From NCBI GenBank assembly GCA_051942165.1, contig JAVECS010000001.1:47126-67125 (forward strand): a stretch of 20,000 bases of DNA. Direction: 5' to 3'. Within the stretch, counting starts at the first letter, position 1. Each line of letters starts with the position of its first letter. This DNA is from Circinaria calcarea (Eukaryota). The notes under the pieces were generated by a model. That model did not search any database and was not told where the DNA came from. It worked only from the letters and a program-made list of their open reading frames with translations. The position numbers and the translations under genes were made by a program. Positions 12,450-20,000 of this stretch are shown in pieces.

Positions 12450-12828
12450 CGTAATGACCGGCAAAGGACGGAGAGCAGTTGGAGTATCGGTTTAAAGAGG
12501 AGGAGTTCTTGCAAGGACTCAACAGGCTTTTGGTCTTCGAAGCATCGGAATTCTGCTGAAAAGGGCAGAGCCGAGAGGAGACGGTCCTTAAGACCTGCGA
12601 CTGTGCCATCTGAGGCCCTGAAAGGAGTCGCGGTTTCAGCCTCCAGAGGCTCGTTTGTGTAACTTCTTTGGGTGAAATGCAACCCTACAGAGGACCCTTG
12701 GGATGTCATCTACAACCCCATATACAGTAGTGCTTGCATGACGGCCATGTTTCAGCTGCGCTGTAAATAGCCCTGACTGCGACCAGTAGACATCCAGACT
12801 TTAACTACAACCGGCCAATTGTGAATGC

Positions 12829-12860
12829 GTTGAGTTGTTGAGTGGTTGAGTGGTTGAGTG
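12829..12860 (+). repeat. Tandem 8-mer repeat GTTGAGT(T/G) x4 in the SDR/OGFr divergent spacer
   Basis: gttgagtt gttgagtg gttgagtg gttgagtg. Confidence 0.85.
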
Positions 12861-12913
12861 TGAATTCAAAGTGCCTACTGTTGATGCTTCCGTTGTGTAT
12901 TTCCCACCTGTCA

Positions 12914-13753
12914 ATGCGCAAGGTGCTGCAAGGCTTCCGTGCCTTCACAATAGTTCTACTGCAAACCACCTCTCCTTCCCAAAGACTTGCACATCATCCG
13001 TCTGTAGGAAAGAAATCCTTTTCTACTTCTCGTCATCATCACTCCGTTTCTCGAGGTTCCTCTACGATGTCCTCCTCAAAGACAATACAGCAGCCGCCTC
13101 TGGTACGCTTCTATGATCCGTCCATTGCCGAGGCAGACGTCCGGGGAAGAACGCTCGACTCAATCCTCGCTTGGAGCGATGAAAAGTTGGAAGCCATTCA
13201 CAATTATATTCAGACTTTATTTCCTCTGCCAGAGAAATCCGAGTACGCGTCAGCCCCGATCATCGACAAGGCAACCTTTGAGGCATTTCGGTCCCGCCCA
13301 GAGCTACAAGCACGCTTACGGAACGCATTCGTTCGTGTGCTAAGGTTCTACGGCTTCGTCCTCACAGACAAGCATGGACAACTCGACGTTGTACCAGGAA
13401 GGAATCCCTCTCCTGCTTACAAGAATTGGGTGAGAAATTTCAACCACAACCACCTACGAATAACCCGTATCATCCGCTCGCTGCGAATCCTCGGCTTGGA
13501 AGAGGAAGCCAAAGCTTTCTTTGCCGCACTGACGGATGTCTATGAGCAGCAGTATCCTGGTCGGATTGGTCCAAGGTCGATGATGTATTGGAAGAGAGCG
13601 GCGGAGAGGCCGTTGTCTCTAGCTCCTGCCCACGACAAGGACAATGGACAGGGAGCGGACTTTCTGTACGAATTCGAGAAGGGGCAGGAGGAGAGTGATG
13701 GAACAGGCGACGGCTACGAGAGTGACGAGGATACCAGCGGAAACAAAGACTAA
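12914..13753 (+). CDS. Opioid growth factor receptor (OGFr) conserved-domain protein, intronless. Start at ATG 12914 or 13067
   Basis: Family motifs LE.IHNYIQTLFP, LRFYGF and NHNHLRITRIIRSLRILG, the W preceding the domain end, and an acidic C-terminal tail. Confidence 0.88.
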   Translation: MRKVLQGFRAFTIVLLQTTSPSQRLAHHPSVGKKSFSTSRHHHSVSRGSSTMSSSKTIQQPPLVRFYDPSIAEADVRGRTLDSILAWSDEKLEAIHNYIQTLFPLPEKSEYASAPIIDKATFEAFRSRPELQARLRNAFVRVLRFYGFVLTDKHGQLDVVPGRNPSPAYKNWVRNFNHNHLRITRIIRSLRILGLEEEAKAFFAALTDVYEQQYPGRIGPRSMMYWKRAAERPLSLAPAHDKDNGQGADFLYEFEKGQEESDGTGDGYESDEDTSGNKD

Positions 13754-14796
13754 ACAAGTCAACAAGCTAGAACAAAGGTAGGGTATCAAAGGCGCATAGA
13801 AAGCCATACCTCTCCTCTAACCACCGCCGATAAATCAGCCTGAGTCAACGATCCAGTCGCCCAACTTGAAGTATATCAAAACCAATAATAGAGAACCCGA
13901 AACGTCCTTCAACCCAAATTTTGATGATACCTTTGAAGGCTCCCACCTCGAAAAGCAGTATATATAAAACCACAAGTCCTCTACTTTGGATCTCCGCTAT
14001 ATACTCGTAATATTCAAGACCCGAATTCGATAGCAATACGGCTCCCTGGGTGTAATATGCTTTTCACAGCGCAGACCATCAATAGCCGCCGGTATGGCCA
14101 CGGGGGCCTCTGATGTCCGATAGGTTGTGGCAAATCATTAAAAGATACATCTGAGTCGAACCCTGAAGATCCGAACACCCAAGGATATACCTCCACTCCA
14201 GAAGACGACCTTCCTATGCAGAATCATGACATGCATCGGATGCTAAGATTCCGGGGTGGGTTCGTAGATTAGGGTTCAGAATGGGCGCGGTTTAATATTA
14301 TCCGTAGCCCCCGCGAGGAATTATCCGACTACATATAGTCTTGGTATGATAAGGATATCTTGGCGCACCGTTCTTAAGCGTTGGAGGGCGGTATTTCACC
14401 TCCCTCGATTAAATTTACAGTACGGTAGCTCCTTTTCCCAGGGATCCTTCAGGGGGATAGAATGCCCTTCGACTAGTTATTCTCTCCGACATAGCTCAAC
14501 CGGCTTCATTCTGCTCTGGCTTGCCTCACATTTCTTGGATAGATAACCCCTGATTGCGGCGAGTTTTGATCAAGTCCCGAGATGATCTAGCTTTCTCCCC
14601 TCTCAACTCGGTCGCAATGTATAGAGCTCATAAGGTTCTAATAGCGTCGATCGATGCCTGTGCCTAGTTATACAGGGTAAAGAAGAAAAGGAAACCGCCA
14701 GGCCCTCAAGAAACATGCGTCTTTTAACCATTCTAATTCCTAGAGAAACTCTGCACCATCTAAGACATCTGCATAGCTATAACGCTGCCCTCTCCT

Positions 14797-16350
14797 TTAA
14801 CGTCCATCCTTCGTGACGACCGTGCCTGTCCCCTTCCCAAGCTGACTCTCCACAATTTTCTTCATCTTTGACAAAGCCTTAGTATCGTAACCCACCGTGG
14901 GCGCCAAACCACCCAGAATCAGAAAAAGCGTTAGGATAATTGCACCAAAGACCACCATCTTCCTTTGCGCGGGACGCTTGGCTCCATATTCCGCCCATCG
15001 ACGGCTACCTTCGGTGAAGAAGCCTTTGAGGTTCTCGGCACCGAGCTTGTAGTAGACCATTCCGGCAAGGGAGATGCTGTAACCGAAAAATTGTAGGGCA
15101 GAGACTGGCGTGCCCCAGATGGCGATAGATGCAAGGACAAGGATAATGTCCTTTAGCACACCACACAAGGTCATCACCAAGGAAGATGTCCTACCGATCT
15201 AACGGGTTGAAGAGTATTAGTGAAGAATTCATCCAGAATGGGTCTAATAAGATAGGTATGGGCTTTACCAAGAACACAACGGAGACATTTAAGCCGAACG
15301 CTATCATCGCATTGGCCAAGAGCGTGAGGTAGCCAACGTGTGCTATGTCCGATAAATGGAGTTTAGGCACCTCGAAAATCATCGATGCGATCCCGTTCAT
15401 TATGGCGCAAACGGGAGCGAAATAGTAAAAGGAGACTAGAGGGTCCATTTTGAATTCTGCTGATGATAGCAGCCTTTGGACCATCACTAGCCGCACAGCC
15501 TCGAAGAGAACACCGCCCAGCTGATATATGAAGCCGATCAGGACAAAATGTATTTCACCAAAGGAGGCAATGATGACCCCCAACACGATGAGCGAAACGT
15601 TGAATAGAACGTTGAGATTTGCAGGCGCAAGTCCGAACCCCCATGTTGCAAGGAGCACTGCTACAGGGGTAGTAGCCTAGAAGTTCATCAGTATGCGAGA
15701 CAGCAGTGGCTCCTTGCGGAGGAAAGCCTTGCCTTCAACATCTGAATGAATGCAACCGACAGGTATAGGTAGGTGAGATTTCCGCAGATCAGCGATAAAC
15801 TGAAGAATAGTCCTATGGGGACAATGGCACGCAGGTAGATGCGCCCTGTCATTTTGACAGTTTTCCGGCCATCAAGAAGGGTTGTGGTTCGAGCGAGGAT
15901 CTGTGTCATAAGAGTACCGAATGCAAGATGCCATGTCGTGAGGATAATTGCTAATATTCCCTTTTCAGTGTTTGTAGAGCTATGAGCGATTCAGAATATG
16001 AGGCTGCACATACGGAAGCCTGAAGACATGGCAAGTCAGTAATCGTGTTAGAGACCGTCAAGGCGGACAGGTGCAACCTACGAAAACCTGCAGTATCCAA
16101 GATCCACTTGTTGAAAAGAATGACGCTTGAGCTCATCGTCATCCATGTTCTGATCTACATATCAGTATAATCGAGGCAAGTGAATGGTAGCAGATATCTA
16201 CACCTACACAACGTAGACAGCTGGATGTATGGAGGATTGTGGGGGTGCTGGTTTCTCCACTGCCGGATTGACAGTGGGTAGTATCGACGAAGATGCCTCG
16301 GGCCTTGGGACATCGCCCGAGAGGCGCTGCTTCTCTTCCACCGCCGACAT
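14797..16350 (-). CDS. glfB: UDP-galactofuranose transporter (nucleotide-sugar transporter, TPT family), ~414 aa. Exons 16350-16208, 16149-16082, 16019-16014, 15950-15733, 15676-15269, 15198-14797
   Basis: The spliced product reads HPAVYVVTWMTMSSSVILFNKWILDTAGF-RF-PIILTTWHLAF...SVAFIQMLK-ATTPVAVL...VSVVFL-IGRTSSLVMTLCGVLKD, matching Aspergillus GlfB/UgtA as I recall it. Total 1245 nt = 415 codons including the stop. It is adjacent to the mutase gene. Confidence 0.93.
15677..15732 (-). other. GC-AG intron (56 nt) in glfB
   Basis: AAG|GCAAGG...ACTGAT...TAG|GCT is the only junction that restores the conserved IQMLK-ATTP. Read-through hits a stop at 15688. Confidence 0.85.
16014..16019 (-). other. 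6-nt microexon (GCTTCC) of glfB
   Basis: Flanked by ACTGAC..TTCAG upstream and GTATGT downstream. It supplies the R-F of F-R-F-P-I-I-L-T-T-W-H. Confidence 0.88.
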
Positions 16351-17579
16351 ACTGAGAGGAGAAAGTTGAGAGTTAAAGAAGGACTGGATGCTGAACGGGC
16401 GCGACCGTTCAAGGCTGCCGACGCCAACCAGATTTGCAGGAAAATGAAGGAACTGGATTCTACTGCAATGTCGTCAATACATATGTCCGAAAGAGGATCT
16501 TAAGGATGCAGGAAGCATGGTCTGCACCAAGGTAATCGGCAGAGGTTGGGGGTTCTTTTCCGTACCGTATCCATGGGGCTCGCTAGCCTTGGTATTTTAT
16601 CTCCAGATTCAGACATAATAGATGTTAGCACGGTTGTCTTCACGATAAGCATAAAAGGCCCGAACCACAATTTAATTTTATCCCAGAGACCGGAATAGGT
16701 ACCGGAGGATACCCTTCATATTACACCTCCTTTTTTACCTCGGGAAATATGCTAAGATGCTTGGGTTTACAGGGCTTGATCGAAGAGGCTATGACTGCGG
16801 CGACAGTACGGTACAGATTCACAGTCTACAGCAGTGTCAGGAGAGCTCAATGAAAAGATAGTTACCTTTCTGGACTGTCTGGTAGTCCCGCACTACGAAT
16901 CAAAACCTAGATAGCTTACCCTATTATCATTGCTAAGTTGATACGGAAACCGGTACGCAAGCATGGCAGGGTAATCTCCCTCCTGGAACTTTGTACGACA
17001 GGAGAATCGACATCTTGGGTCGACGTATACCTGATTGACTCGGCTTCTCGCATACCCCGTCCCGAGTATCGGACCTGTTGCCGTGTCATTTCGGGATTTC
17101 CTAGGCCATCCAACTGCTGACTATGGGCCATTGTCCAATCGTACCTATCCATTTCCCGTGCAGAAGAGAGAAAAATACGATCTCGGAAAGGGTAGGGAGT
17201 AGGTGACTAGCCTGAACGTCATGTTTTGCGCTTCAAAGCTTAGTTTCATCGAGGGAGACCAATCAATAGATAGACAGACGCTGCCGTGATTCTCAACCAA
17301 TGATAGCGAGGATTGGCCGGCATGCGGCTAAGGTTCGAGGCAGAAGGTGAGCCCTGAGCTTGACTTGGCACTAAGGAGCATTGGACCGGCCCAGAATTGG
17401 TCGCACTAGTACATCTCCTCCGCGTTTGCCTCCGCCCTTCAGTCACCTCACAACCTCAACAACTCCAAGGATCAACTGTGAATAGAACGTCAATTGCCCA
17501 ACTTGCATCATCATCAAACTCCAACGCTTGACCGGAGCCGGGAAGGTTGAGCCCAGCATCGTTCGTGTTCGCGGTAAAG

Positions 17580-19456
<1,877 letters not shown>

Positions 19457-19956
19457 GAGGTAAGGACTAGGTGTGAGGGGTTTTATACTTACACCTACAA
19501 AAAATTGTACTTCGTGGAAAAGACCTGCTACCAAGATCATTGTTCGGATGGTACCTCTGCTGCATAGTTATACATTAGATCACGACATGTCCTGGCGAAT
19601 TAAGAAAGAGCGCGGAACATACATGGTTGCATCCTGCCGTACGAAGAAGCAGAAATAGACGGATAGATGGATTTTCTCATCGCAGTAATCGGAATGTCAG
19701 CATACTGGTACCACCAATACTGCTGCAATAGAACTGATTTATCTTTTCTCGTTGTTTGTGCTGGAAAAGGTCATGCGTGATGATTCTCTAGCAGTAACTG
19801 CGGAACCCAGACATTGGGCCATGATCGCCGAGAAATCATGCACAGGGTTACTACGTCCCGATCTCAATCACTCCTTGAACCTGAAATAACCCTAAAGGTA
19901 CCAAAACTCATGTCAATACTGACACTCAAGGAACCAGCCGTCTACCGCCACATTAA

Positions 19957-19970
19957 CCCCCCCCCCCCCC
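19957..19970 (+). repeat. Poly(C) homopolymer, 14 nt
   Basis: Directly visible. Confidence 0.9.
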
Positions 19971-20000
19971 AGCAAAGAAAACACCATCACAGCCCCACTC

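Noticed and set aside
14150..14200. B-box-like GGTTCGACTC on the - strand suggesting a tRNA
   Set aside because: No T-stem complement, acceptor stem or cloverleaf.
14269..14276. TTAGGGTT telomere-like word (also a single TTAGGG at ~9777)
   Set aside because: Isolated short matches expected by chance; the ~1-kb gap is small for a filamentous-fungal telomerase RNA.
13845..14546. Short ORFs between the OGFr gene and glfB
   Set aside because: They are 60-66 aa with no motifs or splice support, consistent with convergent 3'UTR/intergenic DNA.
16560..16620. TPP-riboswitch-like words on the - strand (GAATCTGGAGATAAAATACCAAGG)
   Set aside because: It lacks an intact CTGAGA and GATAATACCAGCG arrangement, and the host gene is unrelated to thiamine.

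Overview
Intron-containing genomic DNA from a filamentous ascomycete (Pezizomycotina). Six protein-coding genes were reconstructed by hand. The four complete spliced models sum to whole codons; IleRS is truncated by the window edge and the OGFr-domain gene is intronless. (1) 5' part of cytosolic isoleucyl-tRNA synthetase (-). (2) A divergent ~2432-aa group X hybrid histidine kinase (S/T-kinase-like, P-loop ATPase, GAF, HisKA, HATPase, REC; 9 exons, +). (3) A membrane-anchored short-chain dehydrogenase (-). (4) A divergent intronless OGFr-domain gene (+). (5-6) The divergent galactofuranose pair glfB/ugtA (UDP-Galf transporter, -) and glfA/ugmA (UDP-galactopyranose mutase, +). This is mostly core genome and I cannot support a wholly new system. 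The best second-look items are: a 6-nt in-frame microexon and a GC-AG intron in glfB; a probable long glfB 5'UTR intron; many weak splice donors; a presequence-like N-terminal extension on the OGFr protein; a promoter-like orphan locus at ~10.0-11.1 kb; and a telomerase-template-like 9-mer near the right edge.
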